DNA of 63,827 nt, filler included. It is 8 parts of 8 records of this genome, joined end to end, with 100 filler letters (N's around TTAATTAATTAA, not from the genome) between each part and the next. Parts side by side here need not be neighbours in the genome. Positions count along the whole stretch, not along the records: positions 43,226 to 60,683 come from SRR7504441_4530; 7 more parts are not named here. One strand, given 5' to 3'. Both the position numbers and the translations under genes were made by a program. The notes under the pieces were generated by a model. The model was not told where the DNA came from and did no database searches. It saw nothing but the letters and a program-made list of their open reading frames with translations. Shown piece after piece: positions 49,115 through 60,382 of this stretch (within the stretch, counting starts at the first letter, position 1; each line of letters begins with the position of its first letter).

Positions 49115-50452
49115 TCACTCCTGTAGTCGCTCTTTCATCCGCTTTGCATACCATTCGACAAACTCCAAGACCCCTTGCTCATGCTTCTGATTGTAAGGAC
49201 CAGGCTCGTATGCCGGGGAGGAGACACCCTTCTGCTGCCGCTCGACCAGGAACTGGTCTTGCTCATTGGTGGCTAGCCAGACTTCGGTCAGCGCCTTCAA
49301 GTCATAGTCCACGCCCTCGACAGCTGCTGCTGGCACGAGCCAAGTTGTCACCACTTCCGTTTCTGTCGGCGAAATGGGCATCACCCTAAAGCTCAGTGCA
49401 TAATCCGCCTGCCAGTGATTCCAGGTGGTCGGGTAGTGATAAAAAGGCGCATTTCCCACATCTTCCTCTGCTGGCATTCGGCCAAGCCTCTGGTTCACCG
49501 CCGGTCGGCCAGTCATCGTCATGCTGGTCGCACCCTTTGTGAACAAGTGCCGCATCGCCCGGAACTGATTGTCGTCGCCGGCCGTGAACTTGGAGGGCAG
49601 CTCGAGCCGCTCAGCCGTTTGCACGTCGTTGTCGTCCGATTGGATCCAGTTGGCAGGGAACGACACAGTGAGCTCTGGGTGGTTTTTGGGGCAGTGGTAG
49701 CATTCCCGATTGTTCTCCCAGGTGAGCTTCCAGTTGCTTTTCTCGACAATCCGGGTCTTGTGCGCCACCTTGGAGTTGGCTAGATCGTATGGCATCAGGT
49801 AGTTGTCCATAGTGGCTCGAAGTGGCTCAAAGTCTGGAGGATTCTCGGCGACACAGATGAACACGTATGTCTGGACGGTTTGGAGCTGCACTGGTTTGAG
49901 CCCATGCAACGACTCGTCAAAGTGATCGCCCATGTCGCGGGCGAATCTGAGCCCGCCGTCGGTGATATCATAAGCCCAGCCGTGGTACTGGCAAGAGAGC
50001 AGCTTGCCCTCCACTCTGCCAGTGGAGTCATCACAAAGCTTAAACCCCCGGTGTCGACAGATGTTGTGGAACGCTCGGAGCTGCCCGTCACGGCCCCGGA
50101 TGACCAGCACCGGGCAATTGCCCGCTTGTACCGTCAGATAGCTCCCAGGCTCCTTTAGCTCGACGTCGTGCCCTACAAACAGCCACTCCTTTTCCCAGAT
50201 GTGCTCCAGATCCGCTTGGTACACCCGCGGATCCGTAAAGAACCAACCCGCCACACCGCGCCCGGCCTTCCGATTGCCCAGTTCGGCCAGGATCCGGGCG
50301 TGCGATCGGCCAGGAGGACAGGGGACCGTGTCCTCGATGTCCACCGGCGCCGCGCAGACGGCCGTGTGGACGCAAGCGGCGCACCGGCTGTGATGGGCCG
50401 TTTCATGCAAATGCCCCGTCACAACCGCGGCCCGGCGGTGGGCTGCGGCCAT
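49115..50452 (-). CDS. Rieske non-heme iron oxygenase alpha subunit, GbcA/Stc2 (betaine N-demethylase)-like, intronless; alternative in-frame ATG at 50575
   Basis: FHNICRHRG...CQYHGWAY (Rieske); NWKLTWENNRECYHC..NHPEL; AVEGVDYDL..LTEVW.ATNEQD..LVE..Q.GV.SPAYEPGPY. Confidence 0.9.
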   Translation of the reverse strand: MAAAHRRAAVVTGHLHETAHHSRCAACVHTAVCAAPVDIEDTVPCPPGRSHARILAELGNRKAGRGVAGWFFTDPRVYQADLEHIWEKEWLFVGHDVELKEPGSYLTVQAGNCPVLVIRGRDGQLRAFHNICRHRGFKLCDDSTGRVEGKLLSCQYHGWAYDITDGGLRFARDMGDHFDESLHGLKPVQLQTVQTYVFICVAENPPDFEPLRATMDNYLMPYDLANSKVAHKTRIVEKSNWKLTWENNRECYHCPKNHPELTVSFPANWIQSDDNDVQTAERLELPSKFTAGDDNQFRAMRHLFTKGATSMTMTGRPAVNQRLGRMPAEEDVGNAPFYHYPTTWNHWQADYALSFRVMPISPTETEVVTTWLVPAAAVEGVDYDLKALTEVWLATNEQDQFLVERQQKGVSSPAYEPGPYNQKHEQGVLEFVEWYAKRMKERLQE

Positions 50453-50651
50453 GTCTGCAGGCTGGGGGTGTCTGTGCAGAGCTTCGAACTCGATGTGCCC
50501 CTTGTGCACGGCCCTGTGGCATTCGTGGCAGTGGAAATGTGGGTCTGTTAGATCTCCTGAACTAACGACCTTCATTAGTTGTGGATGGACAGACGCCTCT
50601 CGCCGTGCACACGTCTCGCCGTGCACACGAAGAGGCGAGCTTTGAGCGCAA

Positions 50652-53486
50652 ATGCAGCGGCCGGGCTCGGTGGCCATCATCGGCGGCGGGGTCGCCGGAG
50701 TCTCCCTCTCACGCTGTCTGGCAGAGCGGGGCTTGAAGGTGACGCTCCTGGAGAAGTCAGCACAACTGTGCTCCGGGGCCACTTGGCACGCGGCCGGGCT
50801 GGTGACGCGGTTCGCCGGCTCGTCCAAGCTGAAGAAGCTGCACGTCCGCAGCCTGGCCATCCTGAACGGCCTGCACGAGTCGACGCCGGGCGGCATCGGC
50901 CTGCACACACCCGGCAGCATCCGGCTGATCGAGAAGGGCAATCCGGACCGGTACTTGGAGGCAGCCCAGCAGGTGGCGATGGCCAGGCACTACGACGAGC
51001 CAGGGCTGCCCACCCGGATGATTGGGCCCGAGGAGGTGAAGGCGCTGCATCCGTTGGTAGAGCTCGATAGGATCGAATGTGGCGTGCACACTCAGCTCGA
51101 TGGCGATACCGACCCGACCCTTCTCACCAACTGTCTGGCGGGGCTGGCCAAAAGGGCTGGGGCCGAGTACCGGCTGCGGAGCACTGTCGACGGCGTGACG
51201 AAGACCCCCGAAGGGTTTGCCGTGACGTACAATGATCGAGATGGGCAGGCATGTGTCATAGAGGCGGACGCAGTGGTGAATGCAGCCGGGCTGTGGAGTA
51301 TGCAAGTATCCGAGATGATCATTCCGGGGTTCGCCCGACACCCCGCAATGTTGATAGAGCATCAATACGCCATCTCTGAGCCAATCGAAGCCATCAAAGC
51401 CCACCCGACTCGTCTGCCTGTTCTGCGTGACCTTCAAGGCTCAGCCTATATCCGACAGGAGGGCAAAGGACTGCTGGTCGGCCCGTACGAGCAGGAGTGT
51501 AACGCCACCAGCTGGGGGAGTGGCGCCAACGCACCGCCAACCGACTTTGGTATGGAGCTGTTTGGCGGTGAGCTGGATAGGATCACAGACAGCCTGATGG
51601 CTGCTGTGGAGATAATACCAGATCTTGGCACCGTCGGCTTCTCGTCTGTCGTGAATGGGCCCACCATCTGGACCGGCGACTCTCTGCCCCGGTGTGGCCG
51701 CACAGTTGTACCCGGGTGGTATGACTTCAATACGCTGTCTTACGGGATCACACACGGACCTCCGTTGGCAGAGTACCTGAGCCACATCATGCTCGAGGGC
51801 GAGCAGCCTTTCGACATGTCCGCTGAGTGCGATCCGCTCCGGTACGGCGACTGGGCTACCCCAGCCTACGTCGAGGCCAAGGTAGCCCGCAGCCTAGACT
51901 GGCACCTGAGCGGGGGGCCAGGTCAAGGACACGTATGCTAGAAACAATTCGGTCGGGTTTGGCAGCTACGAGAACCGGCAGGCGGGGCGTGAGCATCTAG
52001 CCCGGCACCCACTGTACGAGCGGCTGGCTGCACACAAGGCCTGCTTTGGGTTCTCAGCCGGTGCCTGTTGGGCTGTGCGGCCGGCTGATTTGGGTCGGGC
52101 CAGGGGTCGAGTCGCCCTGCTTCTTCTATAGCGGAGATCAGGCCGTTGACCCGTGCAAACTACATGAGCACGACTGGGAGCCGCACGTGGCTCGAGAGGC
52201 CAGTTCCGTGCTCACCGGCGCCGGGCTCTCATTTGCCTCCTTCTCCAAGTTCCGAGTGTCAGGCCCAGGCAGCCGCCAATTCCTGGATCGGACCACCACC
52301 AACAAGCTCCCAGCCGAGGCGCTCTGCGCGAGTGTGCCAGTGGCTGAGCGTGTGTGGCAGGCGGGCAGGTGCAAGCTATCCTATGCGCTCACGCCGTCTG
52401 GCAAAGTGCTCGCGGAGTTCACAGTGTGCAAGCTGGCCGAAGACGACTTCTACGTGGTCGGGTCGCGGGACTATAAAGACCACGATCTGCAGTGGCTGCG
52501 AGACTGGGCCAGCCCCGGCATTGTCCTCGATGATCTATCGGAGCAGGCATAGGCGGCCAGTGTCGCCTCCTGAGCAGTGCGACACAGGTCGACGTGTTGC
52601 ATCTGGCTGGGCCCAAGATCGAGCCGCTAGTCCAGAAGGTGCGCTGCTCGACTGGTGCTGGCTTCAAGCGAGCTGTGGGCGGCAGCTGATCGGACATGAG
52701 CCTTCACAGAAGTTCTTCCAGATGAAGCCGGCCCAGACTGCCCAGGCCGGGACCCCGTTCAGGTGTTTCAAGCTCTCCTTTTCGGGAGAAGCCGGGTGCG
52801 ACACCATGCAGCTTAGCCGAGCTCGGGGTAGGTACGAGCTTCATGTGGATCGGAAGCATTCAGTAGCATTATGGGATCAGCTGGTAGAGTGCGGCAGCGA
52901 GTTTGGGCTGGAGCTGTTTGGCAACTATGCGCTCAACAGTCTGCGGATTGAGAAAGGGTTCAAGCTCAAGGCAGACCTGGACTACACACACTACCGCGAG
53001 GCCGGTGCTGCAGGCCTGCAGGCGCCGGAATGAATCTTGTGCGTAGAGATCGATGCGTTTGTCGACAGCCGGAAAGACTTCATAGGCAAGGACGAGGCTC
53101 ATGTTCCAGAGAGGCAGTTCTGCAAGTTCGAGATCGCCACCGGACCAGGCGAGGCATGCACAGCAGGCCGGGCCACTCAGGGGCTTGCAGGCTGGGGCTG
53201 GAGCATCCCGGGCGACTCGCCAATCCACTCAACACAAGACGACTCGCTCGTGGGAGTTGTGACGACAGCTGCCCTGGGTGCTCGTACCAACAGGACAGTG
53301 GCTCTTGGGTACCTCAGCAGCGACGCCGAGCGGGATCTTAGTTCGGATCAATTTTATGTGGAAAGCTTTGGCCAAAGGTGGGCGGCCAAGCGGCTCGGAA
53401 TGAATGAGCTGCCTGCGATACATGTGGAAGCTGGCACTTCGGCGGATGCAGGTATTGCGGCTGCAAAGCAGCACCATTCGTTGTAG
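50652..53486 (+). CDS. Dimethylglycine/sarcosine dehydrogenase-like FAD oxidoreductase with GcvT domain, 8 introns
   Basis: VAIIGGGVAG, LEK..L.SGATWHAAGL, EHQY, PVLRD, VNGP..WT.D..P, DP.RYG, SFSKFRVSGP, SFSGE.GYELHV, YALNSLRIEKG. Confidence 0.9.
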
Positions 53487-53558
53487 CTAGGTTTTAGCTA
53501 CGTATACGTAGTGAATCAAGATTATTTATAAATAATGCGAAACCCTAGTCATAGGCCT

Positions 53559-55373
53559 CTAAATCCACGGCCCGTAGAAGCCACCATTCTCTTTCATCTG
53601 GGTGCAGAACCGATGGTTGTCCGGCATCATCTCTGCTCGCCAGAAGCCTTGCTGGTGCTCCCTCAGCCTGGCGAGCATCGCTTCAACCATATCGGGCATC
53701 TCAGCAGCCAGATCACGACGCTCCCCTGGATCTCTAACAACGTCGTATAAGCAGGGCTGCTCGGGTGTGCAGGGCACGGAGCACAGCCATTTGTCGTGAT
53801 TGTCGCCCCACGAAGATACATCGGTGCAGTTCAGCACAGCCCCTTGACTCACTGGCAAGAGCTTGTCGCCCTGCCCGATCAGCTTGTAAGCTGCTTCGGG
53901 GCACAGCCCTGTCTGATTCTCCAGCGCAGCCGCCCTGAGCCAGCCCCCGCCCGTTCCCAGCATACAATCGCGCAGAAACCCCTGCCTCCAGCTCTCACCG
54001 GCCGTCTGACCATCGCCGCCGCCCGCTATCAGTTTATAATCCCCAACTCGTAAGATATTGTCTGCAATCAGTGCCTCGGTCCGGTGAGTGCTGCCCGTGA
54101 GCAGGGCCGGCCACAGATCCACGCTGTCCAGCTGCCTCTGGACCCCACTCGTCGATACACCGGCAAGCCGCGCGAACGTGGCAAACCAGTCAACCTCGTG
54201 AACTGTGCCATTGTACCACCCACCGCGGAGCGAGCTGCCTGGTGCCAGGAGCGAGGACCATACGAACGCCATCGGGCGCACGCCGCCCTCCCACCAGTTG
54301 AGCTTCCCACCCCGGAGAGGCGAATTGCTGTGGCCGTTGTTGCTCGGCCCTCCTGCGACGCCATCAGTGGCAACGACCGTACGGCAATAGATACCGTTGT
54401 CGCCCATCACGACCAGTACCGTATCCTGCCACATGCCGCGGGCCCGTAAAGCCTGGCTAATGTTGGCCACGGCCTCATCCAACGCCGACATCATCGCCGA
54501 CACCATCAGCCGATTGCAGCCACAGTCGGACCCAGGCCCGAGCTGCGGGAAACGCTGGCTGGGAAGACACTCGAACCCCTGCCGTCCATTGGCAGTCACA
54601 TTCCAGTCACACTGGTGACGCCCGGCGTATAGATCAAAGAACCGCTTGGGCACCTGCAGCGGCACGTGGGCTTGCTGGTAGGGCGCATATATGAACAGCG
54701 GCTCTGACAGGTTGTGCTGCATTATAGTGCTAACGTGGCGCTCTGTAAAAGCAAACACCGAGTACTCGGGGTACAGCTCCGGCTGCGTGGCCGGGCCGCC
54801 GGGGCCGGGGCTGTCCGCCCGCCACAGGTCGGTGCCGGGGCAGCCGCCGTGCGAGGTGTTGTGATACCAATGATCCTCGGCCCCGCCCAGATAGCCCAGC
54901 CAAGATTCAAACCCACGCTCAGACGGCAGCTTGCCAGCGGTGGCAAAGCCCAGGTGCCTGCCCCACCTGCTCAGCCCGAGCCTGGTAGCTCCGCACCACT
55001 TGCCGGCCGCGTGCCGCCGGTACCCAGCCCTCGCCAGAAGCTCCGGCAGCAACGTCCAGTTGCCCGGCAGCGCCGACGGGCTCCCATTGTCGCCCCCGCC
55101 CGCGTCGCTGCCCGCCCCGCCGTAGCCGTTGCCAGTCGGGTACCGTCCCGTCAGCAGGGCCCCGCGGCTGGGCGCGCACCAGTTCCAGGTATAATGCGCC
55201 CCCAGCCGCACGCCGTCCCGGGCCAGCTCGTCCATGGTCGGGGTCAGCACCGCCGGATCGCAGTATCCGACGTCGCAAAATCCGACGTCGTCCAGCACAA
55301 TCAGCACCAGGTGCGGCGGGCCAGCCGCAGCCGCAGCCACCAGCCACAGCAACAGGCCAGGAAGCGTCCGCAT
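53559..55373 (-). CDS. Secreted arylsulfatase (ARSB-like)
   Basis: [34 protein letters not shown] (formylglycine motif), GKW|HLG, LRGGK...WEGGVR; short in-frame introns. Confidence 0.93.
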   Translation of the reverse strand: MRTLPGLLLWLVAAAAAGPPHLVLIVLDDVGFCDVGYCDPAVLTPTMDELARDGVRLGAHYTWNWCAPSRGALLTGRYPTGNGYGGAGSDAGGGDNGSPSALPGNWTLLPELLARAGYRRHAAGKWCGATRLGLSRWGRHLGFATAGKLPSERGFESWLGYLGGAEDHWYHNTSHGGCPGTDLWRADSPGPGGPATQPELYPEYSVFAFTERHVSTIMQHNLSEPLFIYAPYQQAHVPLQVPKRFFDLYAGRHQCDWNVTANGRQGFECLPSQRFPQLGPGSDCGCNRLMVSAMMSALDEAVANISQALRARGMWQDTVLVVMGDNGIYCRTVVATDGVAGGPSNNGHSNSPLRGGKLNWWEGGVRPMAFVWSSLLAPGSSLRGGWYNGTVHEVDWFATFARLAGVSTSGVQRQLDSVDLWPALLTGSTHRTEALIADNILRVGDYKLIAGGGDGQTAGESWRQGFLRDCMLGTGGGWLRAAALENQTGLCPEAAYKLIGQGDKLLPVSQGAVLNCTDVSSWGDNHDKWLCSVPCTPEQPCLYDVVRDPGERRDLAAEMPDMVEAMLARLREHQQGFWRAEMMPDNHRFCTQMKENGGFYGPWI

Positions 55374-55490
55374 CAGCTGGGGCGTCGACGGAAGTCCGGA
55401 GGAGCGAGTGCAGACTCCGGACAGACTCTGACTGCTCACGCTGACGGCCGTTGGAGCGTCCGGCGAGGCACCCCGACTAGGCCACACACG

Positions 55491-57487
55491 ATGTCTGAGC
55501 CGCAAACCAAGCGCCAGCGGGTCGGTGGGCCTGGTGCTGGCCCGACCAACCCGCTGGTCTCCCCGCTGCTCACCGACCTGTACCAGCTCACCATGGCATA
55601 TGCCTACTGGCGGGCGGGCCGACACGAGCAGCACGCCGTCTTCGACTTGTTCTTCCGCAAAAACCCGTTCAAGGGCGAGTTCACCGTGTTCGCCGGGCTG
55701 AGCGAGGTGCTCAAGTTCATCGAGCACTTCAGCGTCTCCGAGTCCGACGTCGCTTACCTGCGCGAAACCAAGTCGTTCGCGCACGCCGACCCTGGCTTCT
55801 TCGACTGGCTTTCCGAGGTGCGCCGGGGCTGGCCGGGGCAGAGCGGCCGGGCGCAGGTGAACATGAGCAAAGTGCAGGTCTACGCGATGGAGGAGGGCCG
55901 GCTGTGCTTCCCCCGGGTGCCGCTGCTGCGGATCGAAGGCCCGTTGGCCACGGTACAGCTGCTCGAGACCACGCTGCTCTGCCTGATCAACTACCCGTCC
56001 CTGATGGCCACAAACGCCGCCCGATTCCGCCTGGCCGCCGGGTCGTCGAAGAAGCTGCTCGAATTTGGACTGCGGCGCGCACAGGCAGCGGCGCTGCGCG
56101 ACAGGGCTGAGCACCGGGCGGCAGGGGCCGGATGGTGGGGTGTCGGCCTCGAGATACGCGTACATGGGTGGGTTTGATGGGACGAGCAACGTGCTGGCGG
56201 GCAAGCTGTTTGGCGTGAACATCGCGGGCACGCACGCACACTCGTACATCACTTCGTGGACCTCTATGGCTGAGATCAAAGACCCTCAAATCACCACACC
56301 GACAGGCGACAAGGTCAACTTCGTCGAGCTGGTGCTGGCCGCCCAGCAGGACCTGGCCGGGAAGCTCACCCACGCCTACTCCAACACCAACCAGTCGGAA
56401 CTTGCAGCGTTCATCGACTACGCCCAGGCGAGCTGTGGCTGTGTTTGCGGCACCTGAGCCGGTGCAGGCCTACCCGAATGGCTTCCTGGCGTTAATCGAT
56501 ACGTACGACACGCTGTTCTCCGGTCTGCTCAACTTCATCTGCGTCAGTCGGGCGCTCTTTCAAGTGCGGCAGAGCCAGTGCCCTGCAGCTGAGCCCGGGG
56601 CCACAGATAGGATATACACCGATCGGTATCCGGCTCGACTCTGGAGACTTGGCCTATCTGTCGCTGCAAGTGCGCGAGACATTCAGGCAGGTGGAGGCGG
56701 TCTATAATGGCGAAATGCCCTTCAGCAAGCTGACAATCGTGGCGAGCAACGACATCAATGAGAACGTGTGCCGCGCTGATCGAGTCGTGCAGCTGAGCGG
56801 TCGCTGGCAGGTGCTGCATTCGCTCAACAGCCAGGGGCACGAGATAGACTCGTACGGGATCGGCACCCACTTGGTCACCTGCCAGGCTCAGCCAGCGCTC
56901 GGGTGTGTTTTTAAACTTGTCGAGATCGGCGGCCAGCCGAGGATCAAACTCTCTGCTGAAGTCGGCAAGACCACTCTCCCAGGCCAGCCCCCGTGCGCTG
57001 GCCCAGCTTACCGGCCAGCAGGCAAGAAGATCGCGTACAGGCTGTACGATAAGCAGGGCGAGTCTGTTCTAGACATGATGGTGGGAAAAGCTGAAGCTGC
57101 GCCGGGTGCCGGTCTCCACAGCGTGGCTTGGCCGGTTGCGAGCCGGAGGCGGCAGGGCAGCAGACGCTGTGCCGTCACCCGTTTGAGGCGATGAAGCGAG
57201 TGTACGTGACGCCTGCCCGGGTAGAAGAGTTGCTCAAGCTAGTCTGGGACGGTGAGGCTGGCTGTGTGTCGCCGGGGCTGAGCCTGCCGGCAGGCAAGGC
57301 ACTGGTGGATCTAGATGAGCACGTGCAAGTGGCCAAGGAGAGGTTGCAGACTGACTTCAAAGTGTGCCGACCGGACCACGTGCGGATGCTCAATCCGACG
57401 CCTTACAAAGTGTCGGTGAGCGACGAGCTGTACAGCTTTGTGCATAAGCTGATGGAGTCGGAGGCGCCTATCAAAGAGATAGAATAG
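55491..57487 (+). CDS. NAPRT: Nicotinate phosphoribosyltransferase, 7 introns
   Basis: [79 protein letters not shown]. Confidence 0.97.
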
Positions 57488-57897
57488 GCCTTCAAATCTA
57501 CGGCTGATCAGCCGCCTTGCACAAAGTACACAGCACGAATGCGGGTGTCTGCACGGGGCCTTGTTGAGGGGACCAGCAAGTCCTCTAAGCAAGCTCCCGG
57601 GTGGATATCCGTGTAATAATTGTGTCTCCTAGAGCTGCTTCACTGACTTTGTCATGAGTATGCAAGACGGTGTGTGCACACACACATATAGAACTATTTA
57701 AATTAAGTATATTTCTAGATACATTATCGAGTGATACTGGATAGGATTATTGTATGGTGTGTATAATATAGAATTATGAAACTGCGAACTCAAGCTTGCA
57801 AGGCCGGAGCTCGATGTACGAGTATCTATCGATTATCTAGCCCACGAAACTCCGCAAGCACATATGCACATGGTCGTTACTGCGCCCCACACGAGTG

Positions 57898-58990
57898 TTA
57901 TGCCATTGGGTCGACGGCCCCGGGTGCTGGCTCCTCCTCCACTTCCTCGTCCTCGTAGCTCTTGCTAGACACCTGCCCACCTAGCTCCAGACTGCCTGCC
58001 GCCAGGCCCACCTCAATCCTGTCTGTCATCTTCTTCAGCGTGTCCTCCAACATTTTGCCGAACTCGGCCGCCATCTCCTCCATCTTGTGCGCCTGCTCCT
58101 GGATGATCGCGTCCTTGCTCTGAAGCTGCTCCTTGCTCTCTTCGATGTGTCGTTCTAACTTCTTCTCCGAAGTTCCTGCCAGGCCTCTCTCAAGGCCGCC
58201 CGGACACCCAGCGCCCACTTAATTGGTCCTGCAGGTCCACAATATTGTTATTCAGCGTATTGATCTCCAGGATGAATCGCTCCTGTCCCCGCTGCTCGCT
58301 ACAGAGTCTGCACCACTGGACTGCCTGCATCGCTTTATACTGTCGAGTCATATCCGCAGTTATGTCGAGGGTCCGGAGCTTTTCCCTTTCGAACTCATCG
58401 TAGAATTCCTGCCAACCACTCACGCCAGTCCACCCGCCCGGCCCGCACCTTAACTCGCTCTCGCAGCTCATTTTTGGCGTGAATCGCCTCGGTGGCTTCC
58501 TCCTTCTTCAGCACTGGGCCCAGCCGGGTAAGCCCCAGCCAGCAGCCAGTAGCTACTCAGCTCGCGCTCCAGAAACTGAATCCGCAGCTTTCCCATCTGC
58601 GCGATGTCTTCGGGCGTGATCTCGCCGGCCCCCGCTGCCAGAGTGGTCAGCCCGGCAGCGGCCCGGCGCGCACCGTCGTCGCCCTTCTTCTTCGCGCCAC
58701 CCTTCTTCTTCTTTGGCGCCCCGCCGCACAGTCGCAGCGCTAGTCTGATTGTGCTCCCCTCGCGCACCCCGTGGTCGACGAGCCGGCCCGCTGGCGGCAG
58801 CCGGCGGCCCCCGTGCCACAGGCACTGCTCGCACGCCGGGACCCCTGGCCAGCCGGCTGGGGCACCGGCGGCCGGGCGGCGCACCGTGCAGGTCCTCTAT
58901 CGCGCCCATCAGCTCGCCCACCCGCCCGCGTCCCCGCACGGCCACGGCCGAGCCCGGCGGGAGGAGGCCCCCCTGCACCGCGAGCTTCAT
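57898..58990 (-). CDS. Ubiquitin-like domain fused to DRC12/CCDC153-like dynein regulatory complex protein, 7 introns
   Basis: 77-aa UBL ending STIRLALRLCGG, then APKKKKGG...DITADMTRQYKAMQE...MEEMAAEFGKMLEDTLKKM (CCDC153 pattern). Splicing gives a continuous frame to TAA 57898. Confidence 0.8.
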
Positions 58991-59038
58991 TGTGTGCAAA
59001 TTTAGAGGGGTGGAGAGCAAAATCCGGGCACCCTCGCA

Positions 59039-60382
59039 ATGGACAGTGCCGACAGCGGCTTCGGAGCCCTGCGCGGGGGGCTGCCGTCGCGGCAGCGGCA
59101 GCGGATCGAGTCGGCGTTGCACCGGGCCGACCAGCTCAACCTCCGCCGGCTCGCCCCGCTCCCAGCCCTCCTCAAGCAGCCCCGGCCAAAGTCGGCGCTC
59201 GCCCGCACCCGCAGGCCGCGCGCGTCGCCCGGCAACCGCGCCGTCTCGGCCTGGCTCGGGCGACGGCCCCGGAACACACGGCACGGGCCCGGCTGGGCCG
59301 AGCTCTGCCGGGTCTCAGCCCCCGCGCCGCTGCCAGAGCCGAGCCCCGCGGAGGCGGCGCCAGAGGCTGCTGCTCCAGAGGAGGCTGCACCGGCTCCGGA
59401 GGAGGCGACACTGAGCTCTCAGGCCGTGGTGGGGCGGCGGGTGCTCGAGCGCGCGGCGCAGGCTGTGCGCACCGAGGCGCGGACGGACAGGCGCGAGCAA
59501 GAGGAGCTGGAAATGATGCGGCGGGAGATGCGGGCCGAGCGGCAGGCGGACGTGGTGGGCGAACTGGCCCGGGCCGTCTCGACCCATGTGCTCAACTTGT
59601 GCCCTGAGCCAGTGATCTGGCACGCGACGACGGTGCACACGGTGCTCTGGCACTGGTTTGGCAGCTGCAGGTACGAGACCCAAGCAACAGCTAAGCTCAG
59701 TTTCCTGCTTGCCGTGTGGCATACATACCTGCAGCTGTATAACGTGCGCGTATGGGCCAAGATTGTGGTCGGCATTAAAGCGGTCCGAGGGGCGGAACTG
59801 GTGCGTGGTCGACGGCGAATGAAAGCCGAGTTAGTGAGATGGCGCGCTGCGGCAGCGCTTGGTTGCCGGGTGCGTCGTAGGCAGTTTCAGGCAAGCCGGG
59901 CTCCGTTCGATGTCCTGGCCGCCTGGGCAGAAGTGCAACGACTGATCCGGTGGAGGGCGGTGAGTTGGTCTAGCCGGGCAGCCTAGCTCAATGGGTGTGG
60001 GTAGGTTCAGCACAATCTGTGGCCACGACACGGAGAAGATGTCCCGCTAATAGAAGAGCTTGACAGCCGATTCGTGGACCAATCACACTTGCGCCCGGGA
60101 GTTTGGGACGAGATTGTGGAACAAGATAGACTAGCGCGGATGGAAACTGCGGCGAGATGGCAGAGGCTTGCTCCAGTTGCTTACAGGAAGTGGCGTCAGT
60201 ATATGTCATATCGTTCGCTCCAGTACCGGCGCGAGAGGCAACTAAAGGAGCAGCTTGGTCAAGTTGGGGATCTTGGTAAAGCTCTGAGAGAACACAAGCA
60301 TCAGGTGGTGGCTCGGATTAGGTTGGAGGCTGCGCTCTTGTGTGATCTCAGCCACAAGCGAAACAAGCGGACCTCGTGTTAG
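59039..60382 (+). CDS. Hypothetical Arg/Trp-rich helical protein (weakly Sfi1-repeat-like), intron 59960-60004
   Basis: ORFs 59039..59986 and 60074..60382 join in frame through a 45-nt GT-AG intron; recurrent W in basic helices. Confidence 0.55.

Noticed and set aside
49115-50452. Bacterial contamination as the source of the Rieske gene and other intronless enzymes
   Set aside because: They are contiguous with intron-bearing eukaryotic genes on the same contig, follow the same promoter and 3'-gap pattern, and have eukaryote-type N-terminal extensions.
53475-53486. C-terminal HSL of the DMGDH-like protein as PTS1
   Set aside because: His at the -3 position does not fit the usual [SAC][KRH][LM] consensus; too weak to claim.
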